The notes under the pieces: generated by a model
Databases searched by the model: none
Told to the model about the DNA's origin: nothing
Seen by the model: only the letters and a program-made list of their open reading frames with translations
Origin: Azolla caroliniana
Lineage: Eukaryota > Plantae > Polypodiophyta
Assembly (NCBI GenBank): GCA_043228905.1
Contig: JBHGNT010000004.1
Span: 14,818,001-14,882,000, forward strand
Direction: 5' to 3'
Length of the DNA stretch: 64,000 nt
Made by a program: the position numbers and the translations under genes
Part shown: one piece after another, positions 23,952 through 36,513 of the stretch
How positions within the stretch are numbered: position 1 is the stretch's first letter
Layout of the letters: every line of letters starts with the position of its first letter

Positions 23952-26593
23952 TCATATTCCCGTAGTAACCGGCAATGCCAAATCCAGTTTGAGTGCCTCC
24001 TGGTTACCAGATATCTGGTTACCGTTCCCGGTTTCCACTCCGTCATCCGGTTGCTTGAACGGATTTCGTGGCATTAGTTCGTGATAAGGTTTCAGTCGGA
24101 AACCGTTTACCCACTTCTCTAGGATTTCACCGACCAACGTTCCTAATTGATAGGACCACTTCAATTCTCGCAATATCCAGTATGGTCCGATCCACCGAAA
24201 TTGTAGTTTTTCGGGCATCTTCCCTATTCGGGTCTGGAATACCAATACCGTGTTGCCGATCCCAAACAACTTTTCATTCCCCTTCCGGTTTCGGTCGATG
24301 AACGCTTTCTGCCGCCTTTGTTCGAGCTCCAACTGGAGTACAAAAACTATCCGGTGCTCCTCCAATTCGCACAATGTTAACAGCCAGAGTTTTTCTGAGT
24401 CTTTCTCACTCAACCTCTCCCGGACCTGTAATCGTTAACTCGAAATCTGAAACTCCATAGGCATTACCGCTTCCAATCCAAAAGCTAACCAGAACGGTGT
24501 TGTCCGGATACTTGTCTTATATGTTGTTCGGTATGCCCATAGTGTGCTCTATAGCTTCGTGTCCCAATCGGTCCGGTTTTCATTGACTATCTTCCGTAGA
24601 ATATTCTGAAGTGTCTTGTTGGTGGACTCCGCTAATCCGTTGGCCTGTGGGTAGTATGGCATATTGTGCTTGTGCACCACTGCGTAGAATGTCGTTAAGC
24701 TCTCCACCACTTGTCCGAGGAAGTGTCCACCCTGATCGCTAATCAACTCGATCGTACACCCGTAACAGCACCAAATGTGCTCATATAGAAATTTCGCTGT
24801 CGATGCCACGATATTATCTCTGAGTGCTTTTGCTTCCACCCACTTCGTGTAAAAATCCGTTGCAACAATAATATACCAGTTGCTGGTTCTCATCGCCGGT
24901 GGTTTGAATGGCCTGACAAAATCCATTCCCCATTTTTGGAAGGGATCCAATGGTAGCACCGGCTGATGCGGCTTCCTTGCTTTCTCCGTTGGCTGGCCCA
25001 TTCTTTGACAAAGGTTGCATTCCCTTGCATACCGGATGACGTCTTTTAGTATTATAGGCCACCACAATCCGCTTCTCCATATTTTCCTTGCCATTACGTC
25101 TCCGGCATAGTGGCCTCCTGCCACCCCACAATGAGCTTCCCGTAGGATTACGTCTTTTTCGTTGCTCCGTACCCCACGTCGCCAAATTCCGTCGGCTCCT
25201 TTATGGTATAACGTGTCCTATAGTAAACAAAAGTGACGGCTTTATACCACCAACCGTTTCCACTTGTTTCGTTTAACTCCTCCGGAGGCAGCCCAGAGCT
25301 TTGAAAATGATGACTATTCGTAAGCCACTTGTCTTTGTCGGCCACCGTCTCGTCCACCGTGTTTTCCGCCGTCATCCTAAATAGTTGTGCATCCGGAAAC
25401 TCATCCCAGACTCCGTTGCATGCCTCCCCGGATTCTAATCGACTCAAGTAATCTGCTACTACATGTTGCACTCCTAGTCTGTGGTAGATGTCGAATTCGA
25501 ACTCCTGTAACAACAACGTCCACCATGCTAGCTTGCCGGTTAAGGGTGACTTGGAGACCAAGTAAAGCAATGCCGAATGATCCACGTGAAAGGAAAAGTT
25601 TCGTCCTAGAAGGTAGTGGCAGAAATTCGTTACACTATACACCATCCCCAAGGCTTCTCGTTCTATCGTAGAGTAATTTCGCTCTTCCTGCGAGAGCTTC
25701 CTATTGGCATAATAAATCGGTCGGTACCACCGTGGTTGGTTGAGCTACATGAGAACGCTGCCGATGGCCATATCGGATGCATCCACAAACACATGAAATT
25801 CCTTAGTCCAATCTAGAGGTTGTACCACCAGTGCCTGTGACAGCATCACTTTCAGCGTGTGGTATGTCTTGTCCTCCAGCTCCGTCCATTGGAATGGGAT
25901 TCAGTGTACGACTGTATGTAGGGGTGTTACAAAATCGGTCAAATAGCAAAGCATCCGGCTGTGCCACCGGATCTGGCCTAAAAACCAGCTTAGTGCCTTG
26001 GCATATTCCGGCGATGGTGCTCCCAAAATTGCTTTTACTTTATCCTATTCGACCGCGATGCCATCTTTGCTCATGATGTGTCCTAATAATGTTCTACTCG
26101 TCACACCGAACACACATTTCGTCAAGTTCGGGCTCAACCGGTACCCCTGGCACTTTTCTAAACATAACCGGAGATGCTCTAGGTGTTCCCCTTTTCGGTT
26201 GTAAACCGCAAAATCATCTAGAAACACCTGCATGAACGTCGGGATGAACACTCCAAACATCTCCATAATGATCCGCGGAAAAGTTGTTGGTCCCGTCTTT
26301 AATCCGAACATCATTACTACCGCTACGAAGACTCCCCATTCCGTAACGAATGTTGTCTTGTCCTAGTGTTCCAAATTTGGTTGTCTCCACTAAATCCATC
26401 GAGAACGCTATATACCTCATGCCGGGCTATTGCGTCCAGGACTCCATCCGTAAATGGGAGTGGAAACACGTCCGTGACTGTTGCGGCATTTAATTTCTGG
26501 TAATCCACACATACCCGAATTTTGCCATTCTTCTTGGGAACTACCACAATCGGGGTTAGCCATGTTGCTTGCTTCACCAGCCGGATAAAACCG
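23952..26593 (-). pseudogene. Gypsy G2 pol (RT-RNase H-integrase), Athila/Tat-like non-chromovirus
   Basis: Motifs WLTPIVVVPKKNGKIRVCVDY, FLDDF, HVDHSALLYL, GGHYAG...C..C, KWGMDFV, YYPQANGLAES and GPY. No chromodomain seen. Confidence 0.93.
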
Positions 26594-27007
26594 TGTCAAC
26601 GATTATTTGCGGAAGCGTTAGAAAACAGAGAAAGCAGGGAATATACAGAGTACACGACAGAGACAGAGAGAATAGAACCTCAAAGCTATATTTTTAAAAT
26701 ATAAAAACACTTTGTACATACAACTATGCTCAATAGCATCATTTATACAAGTCCTCGTGGGACTGATAGAAGTACCGCGTACTTCAATGCTCACACGAGC
26801 ATCTGACACTTACTACGAGACTATAATTGCCTAGTAGTCTACACTAATACTAGGCTTCCGGTTACTGATTGGATCCGGCTAACCGGCTCCCCAGCTCACC
26901 GGCTCTGTTGCTTGCCGGCTCGGTTGCTCACAGCTTACCGATCCGTCTCGCGTGTCGGCTCAGGCTTATTCAGCCGATTCGGCTCCAGTTGAGCTTGCCG
27001 CTCAACA
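26594..27007 (-). repeat. C2 3' LTR
   Basis: Near-identical to 36514-36927 and adjacent to PPT GAGGGGGAG. Confidence 0.95.
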
Positions 27008-27019
27008 CTCCCCCTCAAG

Positions 27020-29309
27020 CTCAACTTTGAGGTTGGATCCTGGTGTCAGTCTCTGTGGCAGTCGGTTCTTCCAACCGACTTCTCCTAGCGTCGCTCCGCC
27101 TTGCTCACGCTCCTCGTCCGGTCCGGTTCTGTTTGCCGTGACCCTTCTGGTTCTGCGTGCCTCGACCTTCTTGGTCGGCATGTTTCCTCAATAGGCCCCT
27201 CTTAGCTCCTTTGCTGCTATGACTCCGGCGCTTGCCGATCCGTCGGTTCCTCGACGATGGCATCAACTTCCGCTACATCCGTGTCTGCTTGGCCTTGAAT
27301 TGATCCGGTTCTTCTGAATCTGTCTTTTGAACCGAATCGACTGTCTCCGATTCGTTCAAGCTCTTGTCCGAATCGGTTGCTCCTGATTCGTCTTCTGGTT
27401 CCAAGCCCTTCACTACATCGGACCATGTCCGGGTCTTGGCCTTCTTCCTTCGGTCGACTCTGTCCTTCTTGACTCTGTCGCCTTATGTTCTTCCCTCACC
27501 GGCGCAATCGACAATCTCTTTGCCTTTGCCCGTTCCGGTGTCTCTGTCCGTTCTCCCCCTCAAGTGTGGCACGTCGAGATGCTTAACACCAAGCATTTCG
27601 GTGAAGTGCTGCAACTTGTCCGATCCAAGTGGTTTGGTGAAGATGTCGGCAACTTGCCAATCCATGTGAACATACCGAAGTTCAACTTGATCGCTCTGGA
27701 CCCGCTCACGCACAAAGTGATAGTGCACTTCTATGTGCTTCATGCGAGCATGGAACACAAGGATTGGAGTTGGTACCTCGATCCACAAGTCTCGCAGCAG
27801 TCGCCGAAGCCAAATGGCTTCGCAGGTTGCAAAGGTCGCGCCTCGGTACTCAGCCTCAGTGCTTGATAGAGCCACTGTTGGCTGCTTTTTGCTGCACCAT
27901 GAAACACCTGCGCTCCCAAGGGAAAACATAAAACCAGAGGTTTATCGGCGATCTAATGCATCTCCGGCCCAATCGGCATCTGTGTAACCGACCAGCTCTT
28001 CGGGTATACCGTGCCGGTATAACAGGGCCCGATCCTTCGTGCCGCTTACATATCGCAGTATCTGTTGCGCGCACTGAAGGTGCTCCACGGTCGGCTTCTG
28101 CATGAATTGACTTATCATTCCGACCGGATAGCTGATGTCGGGTCGCGTGATAGTCAAGTAAATAAGGCTTCCGACGATTTGTCGGAACCGTTTCTCATTG
28201 CAGGCCGGTCCGGAGTTGGGACGAAGCTTTTGGTTCCGGTCCAAGGGTGTGGAGACAGGTCGGCATTCTGTCATGCCGAACTTGTACAACATATTCAAGA
28301 CGTAATGTCGTTGTGAGAGCAATATGCCATCCGGGGTTCAGATCACCTAGATCCCTAGAAAATAATGAAGGTCCCCCAGATCCTTCATCCCAAATGCGTC
28401 CGACAACTGAGACTTGACGCGGTTGATTTCGGGAACACCCGGTCCGGTGATGACTAGATGATCAACATACAGCAGTATACATACCGGACCAGCTGAGCCT
28501 TGCTGGATGAACAATGAAGAGTCCGATTTGGAGGCCACAAACCCCATCTTACGCAACCGGTGTGTGATCTTCGCATTCCAAGCTCGAGGAGCTTGCTTCA
28601 GGCCGTACAACGACTTCTTCAGTCGGCATACCGCCGACTTGTTCATCTCCGATTCAAAGCCTTGGGCCTGAGTCATAAAGACTTCTTCTTCAAGATCACC
28701 CTGAAGAAACGCATTCTTCACATCCATCTGGTGAAGATGCCACCCCCTTGCTGCAGCAACCGCCAGCACCCCACGAACCGTCGTCATCTTCGCTATAGGA
28801 GCGAAGGTCTCGTTGTAGTCGATTCCGTGGGTATGCGCATATCCCTTCGCCACTAACCGGGCTTTATACTGGTTAACAGAACCTTCAACATTGTACTTTA
28901 CCTTGTATATCCACTTGCATCCGATCGGTTTATAGTGATGAGGAGGGTCAACCAGTTCCCATGTCTCGTTGACATCAAGTGCCTGCATTTCTTCCTCCAT
29001 AGCGGCACGCCGATTTGCATCCTTGGCCGCTTCTGCGTAGCTCTCCGGCTCACGCACCTCTGCCACCTTAGTCATGTACGCATAGTGATGCGCCATGTAG
29101 GCATTGTACCTGTACCGTTTGACGGGATCCTTCTGGCGGGTGGACCGGCATAACTCATCGTTACCCGGTTTGAGGCCCTTGTTGTCTGGTTCAGTCTTCG
29201 TTGCTGAAGATCCGCCTTTCTCCTTGCAGGAGTCGGATGTACACTGATCCGACTCATCGTTGCCGGTTTCGAATTTCGGTATCTTCTTCTTCCCCTTCTC
29301 TTTGCGCGT
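27020..29309 (-). pseudogene. C2 RT, RNase H and C-terminal extension
   Basis: Motifs KARLVAKGY, QMDVKNAFL, LYGLKQAPRAW, LLYVDHL, YTDADWAG, SSTEAEY and ADIFTKPL. Confidence 0.93.
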
Positions 29310-30949
29310 TGTCGCGTTGTTACGCGCGTGCGTGGAGAAAGGCGGGACCACGGGGGTCTTGGACTAGGGAGTGATGGAGCGTGGGAAGTCGTGCTTCACC
29401 ATTTCCGGGGCATCCCAGAAGCACACCGGGAGCAACCGAAGGGAGAGAGAGAGAGCGCGCTTAACACCGACTCACACACACACACTCACACACGCACACA
29501 TAGAGGCCAACCCGACTCACCCCTTTAAGTAAAGGAAACGCAGGAAAGGGGAAGCACCCGACACCAACGAAGACGCGAATATACACAAACAGACGCGAAT
29601 ATGCAAAATGGGCAACCCTTTCACAAAGGGCGTTCGCTTCCTTTTATAGAACAAGGAGAGGGATGCGTTACAATGTGGGATAAATCCCAACTTACATGGG
29701 ATCGTCTGTCCCGACTTGACTACTCTTCGGCGCCATAAAGGCGCCCTCGATATTCACACTAAATGTACATGGGTGCGTACACACGCTGCACCCCGCCGAT
29801 GTAGCCAATGTTTCCCGGTTTCCGCCTCTGGCCGAAATTCTTCACGACATCCGCCCCCACCTAACTGCACGTCCACTGGTACGTGCCAATTCTGGTTGAA
29901 GGGTGAGAGATTTCGGCCGGCGAGAAACCGGTCTTCCGTGATCCGTATCCCGGCTCGCCACCGGTTTGATCCGTCGGCTTTGATTTTTCCTTCGCGCTTA
30001 CCTCCCCGTAGGCTCGTTCGACCCGTCGATGGGTCCTCTGGCTTGATCTCCGTAGTACGCGTACTTCCGTTGGCCCTTGTTCAGCCGTATGAACGCCCTG
30101 CTTCCCGCCGTATGCCCGATATCCTCCGCTTGAGGCATGCCCGTAGTGGCCTGCTTGGCCTCCGTTGTCCAATCGTGATGTCCCGATGGTCGTCCCATGT
30201 TGTTTCGTGTTACCACCGCCCTTTCGCCGCCATCTTCCTTCTCCATGGTCTTATATCGCCGTGTCGGCTTGAACCGCCATGGTCTCCGGAACGGTGTGGA
30301 GGATCCCTTTCCGGTCTTCTCCGCGATACCTCCGAACCGCGCAACCTATCTCCGCGCTTGCCTTTCCTCTCCGGCACCTCCGTGTGCCACATACCCTCGT
30401 CCGTTGTTTGGCACTGCCTGTGTCGCACTCCGGTTCATTGCACGCCTTTTCGGCCCCCTTTTCGGCCAGATCGTGCATCGCCGCTCACCCGCATACCGGT
30501 GTCCTTTGCATCCGAGGAACACCCGTAGTAGCTCGCTTGGCCCTTCCCGTCTTCGTGCCGCTGTAGTAGGTCCTGAGTCTTCCGCTGGCCGTTGTCCCCT
30601 CGCCCCCACCAGCTTGTCACCCCGGGCTTGCCGTGTCAGTCTTCGCTACTTCGACGAAGTTCCCGAGATCTACGAAGCGAGTGTGGAGGATCCTCCTCCG
30701 GCCTCTCTTGCCATCCCCTGCCTCCGACCCGGTGTAGTCCACTAGGCACTTGTCACCTCGTTCCCAACACCTCTCTTATGCTGTCTTTCGCTTTCTTCGT
30801 TTGGCACGGCCCGTGCCGAACACTGTCCCGTAGTCACGCTTTGATCCGGCCCGCGATGGCCACTTGCGAGACTCTTATTCCGTCCCAGGTGTGCATTTCC
30901 GGCCCGACACACCTCCCCGTGTTTGCCCCTACCGGCTCCTTCCGAAACC

Positions 30950-31260
30950 TCGTGTCGTCGGGTCCCGTTCCCTGCCGCCACCGTCCTTCTCCCTCGGTCT
31001 CACGTTGCCACGTTGGCCGAACTGCCGGAGACTCCAGATCAGTGTGAGGGTCCCATAGGACCGGACTCCGTTTCTATGCTTGCCGAAATTCAAGTGTCTT
31101 TTGTTTGAGTCGCTCCCGGACTCTCCTCGTGTCTTCCGTGTAGTCGGGTCCCGTTTCCCGCCGCCACCAACCTTCTCTCTCGGTCTCATGTTGCCACGTT
31201 GGCCGAACTGCCGGAGTCTCTGGTTAAGTGTGGGGATCCCGTAGGACCGGACTTCCTTAC
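30950..31260. repeat. Imperfect ~179-bp direct repeat (about 1.7 copies) inside G3
   Basis: GTTGCCACGTTGGCCGAACTGCCGGAG occurs near 31003 and 31190. Confidence 0.8.
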
Positions 31261-31328
31261 GCCCATTGACCTTGCCGGAAGGTCCGATTTGGTTCGTGGC
31301 CGCCTCGCCGGCCTGATACCTCCTTGCC

Positions 31329-31808
31329 GTAGCCCTTGCCTTCGTCACCTCGCCGCCACCGTCAATATCTTGGTCTTACGTCGACCGCGTTGCCGACTGC
31401 CGAAGTCTCTAAAACCGGTGTGAAGGATCCTCCGTAGACCTCCGATTTGTAGCCCTTGCCTTCGTCACCTCGCCGCCACCGTCCGTATCTTGGTCTTACG
31501 TCGACCGCGTTGCCGACTGCCGAAGTCTCTAGAACCGGTGTGAAGGATCTTCCGTAGACCTCCGATTTGTAGCCCTTGCCTTCGTCACCTCGCCGCCACC
31601 GTCAGTATCTTGGTCTTACGTTGACCGCGTTGCCGACTGCCGAAGTCTCTAGAACCGGTGTGAAGGATCCTCCGTAGACCTCCGATTTGTCCCTTTGCCT
31701 TCGTCACCTCGCCGCCACCGTTAGTATCTTGGTCTTACGTCGACTGCGTTGCCGACTGCCGAAGTCTCTAGAACCGGTGTGAAGGATCCTCCTTGGGCCT
31801 CTGATTTG
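31329..31808. repeat. Tandem array, 4 x 120 bp, inside G3
   Basis: Units containing CCTTGCCTTCGTCACCTCGCCGCCACCG start at 31329, 31449, 31569 and ~31689. Confidence 0.95.
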
Positions 31809-32699
31809 GCTTCCCGACCCTGTCCCGGGTCGTCCTTTTCGGCATGCCAAGAGGGCGGTTTATTCCGCACCCTCTCCCGTGGTACCGACGTACCGTGTCC
31901 TCGTCCTCTTCGTAGGCCTGCTCTCTTCCTCCCTCCAAATCTCGACCTTCGCCCAGTCGGTCTTTCTCCCCCATCTAAAAGAGGGCGGCTCGTCCCGCAC
32001 CCTCTTCTGTTTCGGCACTTTCATGCCGAACCCGGCCCCGATCGAACAATCCACGACCAGATCACGCTCCACCCGTATCGGAATGCCGATCTCCTCGTGC
32101 CGCGTTCGTCCTCGGCCTCCTCACAGGTCGTTTCCCATCTGTCTTCCTTGGCATCGTGCCAGGACTCCTCGGTACCGCCATCCATCTCCTCGGTCTTACA
32201 TGGGCATACGGGCCCGAATGCCGAGTTCTCCGGAATCGGGTCCGTGGGCTTTCGTCCGCTCCTTCCTCGTATCGTCTCGCCGGTGATTTTTGGCCTTTCG
32301 CCGCCGCCTTCCTCCGCTTGGGACTCATGTGGGCACTCGGGCCCGACTGCCATCGTCTCGGGAGCAAGTGTGGGAAGACACAAAGAATCGCCCGTCCGTT
32401 TTACGCCCTTGTCCGTAGCCACGGACTCTTCGTGGTCGGCGGTCGTCTTCTTACCGATCGCGCAAGCCCCGTCTGGGCTTGCTTCTCCAATGACCGGGAT
32501 CTCGGGTTGACACGCCCGAAACCGCTGGTCCCAATGTTCCGATTCTGCGATCGGTATCTCGGCCTCGTCCTTGGCCGTTCTATCTCTACAAGTCGAGAGG
32601 GTGTTTCGTTCCGCACCCTCTCCTGTGGTACCGTCGTACCGATCTTCTGCTGTCGCGTGGGGCAAGTCCGTCTCCTCAGTCTCGGCTTGCGGCCTCCAT

Positions 32700-33414
32700 C
32701 TTTCCTCTTCCTCGAGCATCGCCTTGAGAGCTGCGTACGCCTCTGCAATCCTGGCCCCAACGCCGACCCTCTTTGCCGTTCGGCCTCTTCCCGCTGTGAT
32801 GGCACGCCGTCGCGTACCTTCCTCTTAGCCTTCTCGGCTCGCTCGTTGTCTAGCCATTGGCACACCCTTCCGACCTTCGACCAGGTCTCCGTAAGCCCAT
32901 TCGCTCCATCATCGTCTTCGAGCTCAATCCCGATGGCCTCCCGTTCCGCTCAGTCGATCGACCTGACGAACAATAGGACCTTGTTCCCGCTTTGGGAGCC
33001 GAGCAGGCCATTGCTCGAACTCTCGGAACGCCTTGGCCGCGCCCCGATAGGTCTTTGCCGATGCTACCCACTGGTCGAAGTCGTGTCGTCCCCGGCTCTT
33101 CCGCCGTCCTCCGTATGCCTTCAGGAGCGCCTCTTCGAAGGACTCCCACGAACTATGAGCCTCACGGAGCTCCTCTGCTTTCGCATGCATCCGGACAGCC
33201 ACGACCCAACAGAAGAACTCCAGCCTCAACGCTCCTCCATTTCAGCATTGTAGGCTTCCAAGTAAGATGGGACTTTGTCCCCGTTGAAACGGCCGACTCT
33301 TTCGACCACTCGCTCAACCGCTTGTTGCGCTGCTTCCCGCCTCATCACCACTCGTGCCGACTCCAACACCACTTCGGCCACCATCTCCGCAAGGTCGTCG
33401 TCTTCTGACTCCAT
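32700..33414 (-). pseudogene. G3 gag
   Basis: Reads MESEDDDLAEM...GRFNGDKVPSYLEAYNAEME and RLEFFCWV...SWESFEEALLKAYG. Confidence 0.8.
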
Positions 33415-33429
33415 CCTCCCTTGCCGCCT

Positions 33430-33447
33430 TTCACGTCGGGTTCACCA
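33430..33447 (-). other. Primer-binding site (tRNA-Trp)
   Basis: TGGTGAACCCGACGTGAA on the minus strand, 4 nt from the LTR. Confidence 0.88.
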
Positions 33448-34208
33448 AATATGTCGCGTTGTTACGCGCGTGCGTGGAGAAAGGCGGGACCACGGGGGTC
33501 TTGAACTAGGGAGTGATGGAACTTGGGAAGTTGTGCTTCACCGTTTCTGGGGCATCCCAGAAGCACACCGGAAGCAACCGAAGGGAGAGAGAGAGAGCGC
33601 GCTTAACACCGACTCACACACACACACTCACACACGCACACACACAGGCCAACCCGACTCACCCCTTTAAGTAAAGGAAACGCAGGAAAGGGGAAGCACC
33701 CGACACCAACGAAGACGCGAATATACACAAACAGACGCAAAGGTATATATATAAAAAGAAGAAGAATACATTCCTGGCTTCGAGCCGTTCCAAGGTAGGT
33801 TACAGTAGTCGTCAGCTACCAAGCCGCCGTCGGGGAGCTCTCAGCTCGTCGCGCCGAGCGGGGTCTTGCACAAGAGACCGAGCCAAAGCAAACCCTAAGC
33901 AAAACACGAAGGGGGAAGAAGAAGAAGAAGAAACCCTAAATCTAACGGTATACCCTCTAATGCAAAATGGGCAACCCTTTCACAAAGGGTGTTCCCTTCC
34001 TTTTATAGAACAAGGAGAGGGATGCGTTACAATGTGGGATAAATCCCGACTTACATGGGATCGTCTGTCCCGACTTGACTACTCTTCGGCGCCATAAAGG
34101 CGCCCTCGATATTCACACTAAATGTATATGGGTGCGTACACACGCTGCACCCCACCGATGTAGCCAATGTTTCCCGGTTTCCGCCTTTGGCTGAAATTCT
34201 TCACGACA

Positions 34209-36513
34209 GCATGAACCGTCGCCTCGGTTCCTTGCACGGGGAATGCACGACAGAGTCTCCAGTACTCGCCGGTTCCTCATCGGACTGGTCAGATTGACTC
34301 AGTCTCTCGTTTGGCCCGCTCAACCGGAATGATTCCGGACTCTCATCCTGAGTCCACGCTTCATCATCCTCTACCTGGACCGGATCAAGCCCACTAGCCT
34401 CATCCCCTGGCATCGGGTCAGATTCGGAAGTCGGAGTCGGTAAGGAGTACCATGATGCCGATTCATCAAACTCGACATGTCGACTAACTCGGACCTGCCT
34501 TGTCCGGGGGTTATAATATTTATAAGCCTTTTGCTCTTGAGCATAGCCGACTAGGATGCATTTTTCTGATTTTGCATCCAGCTTCCTACGCTTCTCATCC
34601 GGTACATGCACATATGCAATGCTACCGAAGATCTTAAGGTGTCTCAAATTCGGCTTCCGCCCGAAATATAGCTCGTGAGCTAACACCTTGTCACCGATCC
34701 GGTTCTGGATGTAGACAACCGTTCGGACTGCCTCCGCCCAATAGAATTTGGGCATGCTCTTCTCCTCCAGCATTGCCCTCGCCGCATCGATAAGCGATCG
34801 GTTCTTTCTCTCGGGAACACCGTTATGTTTCGATGTATATTTGTAGCTGAAGTCTCACCGAATTCCCGTTTGCTGCAGATAACTGTTGAATTGGCCGGAA
34901 AAGTATTCTTTCCCGCCATCTGACCATAGGCATTTGATCTTCCTCTCTGATTCCCTATCCACCATGCTTTGGAGACTCCGGAAACACTCGAAGATTTCAC
35001 TCTTCTGCTTAATGAGGTAGATCCATGTGTGCCACGTATAGTCGTTGATGAAGGAGACGAAATATCGACTCCCACCAAGACTAACATTCTGTGTCGGTCC
35101 CCACATATCCGAATGGATTCGGTCAAGCTTGTTACGGCTCCTGTTACGTTCGGTAGGGAATGGAAGCTGGTGTTGCTTCCCGAGTTAGCAGGCTTCACAT
35201 ACTTGGGACTTCCGGCCGCTGAACTTCGGCAAACCGAAAATAACTTGTTTCGTTTGTAGGTCTTGAAGCCTTCGATAATTGACGTGGCCTATCCGCTTGT
35301 GCCACAGGTCGATGTCCGAATCGACCTTCTGTCCTTTTGCAAATAGCGCGGTGCCAACGTCATTGGTGTCGAGGATAAACATCCTCTCGTCTCTTCGCCC
35401 TTGCTCAATAATCTGGCCCTCTTCCTCGATGAAGCACCCGAGGTGCGTAAACCGCACTTGCATTCCCTGGTCGACGATCTGTCCGACCGACACCAGGTTC
35501 TTTGTGATTGTCGGAACGTGTAATACGTTCATCAACTTCCCCTTCTGTCCGACGTGGCGTAGAGGGACTTCTCCGACGTGCACGATTAGGTGAGGAGTGT
35601 CGTCTCCGGTTTCGACTACTCTTGGTTGATCCGGTTTCTCCAAGAAGGAGAACCACTCTTTGTGACTCTTCATGTGGTTCGACGCACCAGAATGAACATA
35701 CCACACTTCCTTCGATTCGGAAGTGGTCATCTTCATCGAGTTCGCCTCGTGCTTCATCACCAAGGCTGGCCCGTTACCGTTCTTGGATCCTCCTGATCCC
35801 TTCGCGTAGTGCGAGCTTTGCCGGCCATCCTTGCTGGCCTTGCCATATCCGGATTTGTCTGATTCAGCTCGTTTTCTCCAGCAGTCGCTTTCTCTGTGGC
35901 CCTTTTTGCCACAATACCAACATTCCGTTGCAGATTTGTCTTGCCGGCCTCCGGCAACGCCTTGACTCCCCTTGCGTGTGGAAGTCCCGGATTTGCTGTC
36001 GGCACGTTCTCTATGCATTCGTTCTTGCTCTTGCCGGCCGCCTCCATTGCGGGCCGACCCGCCTGGTCCACCACGCCCACGGGACCGATCCGCCTCCATG
36101 TACAACATTCGGCTGTCAGTGGGTGCGCTAGTTGACGCACCGGCGTGGTTCTCCTCTACGAGGAGCATCGACTGTAAGTTGAAAAATGACAACGTATTCT
36201 CCCTTGTACACACCGCTGTTCGGAACGCTCTGAACTTAGACGCCAGGCCCCCAAGACAGACCTGTACCATCTTGTCTTCCTCTACGGTAACGTTGATAGA
36301 GGCAAGCGAGTCCCAAATCTCTTTGATTCGGGTCGTGTAATCCGCCACCGACATGTCCTTCTGTCGGACATTGCTTAACTCCTGTTGGAGTTGCAGCTTC
36401 CGGGTTGTAGTGCTCGCGGCGAAAACCTTCTTCAGGTTTCCCCAAGCCTGCTTCGGTTTCTTGGCATCTCGGATGTGGCTTAGCAACTGGTCTCCGACAT
36501 TGGACGCGAAGCA
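34209..36513 (-). pseudogene. C2 gag-protease-integrase (gag N-terminus and PBS missing)
   Basis: Motifs CWYCGKKGHRESDC, WYVHSGASNHM, LWHKRIGH, SDGGKEY, WAEAVRT and KLDAKSEKCILVGY. Confidence 0.93.

Larger units (their letters stand above)
29310..34208 (-). mobile_element. Non-autonomous gag-only gypsy G3 (tRNA-Trp PBS) nested in C2, 4-bp TSD GCGT/GCAT
   Basis: LTRs at 29310-29849 and 33452-34208, PBS 33430-33447, PPT at 29850-29860. Gag GRFNGDKVPSYLEAYNAEM is present; no RT or integrase motifs are recognisable. Confidence 0.88.

Noticed and set aside
29716-33253. Long plus-strand ORFs (270, 253, 365 aa) as genes
   Set aside because: They are antisense shadows of the GC-rich, stop-poor G3 interior, with no recognisable domain.
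33430-33447. tRNA-Trp gene (sequence ends ...GGGTTCACCA)
   Set aside because: Only the 3' 18 nt match. It is a retrotransposon PBS next to an LTR.
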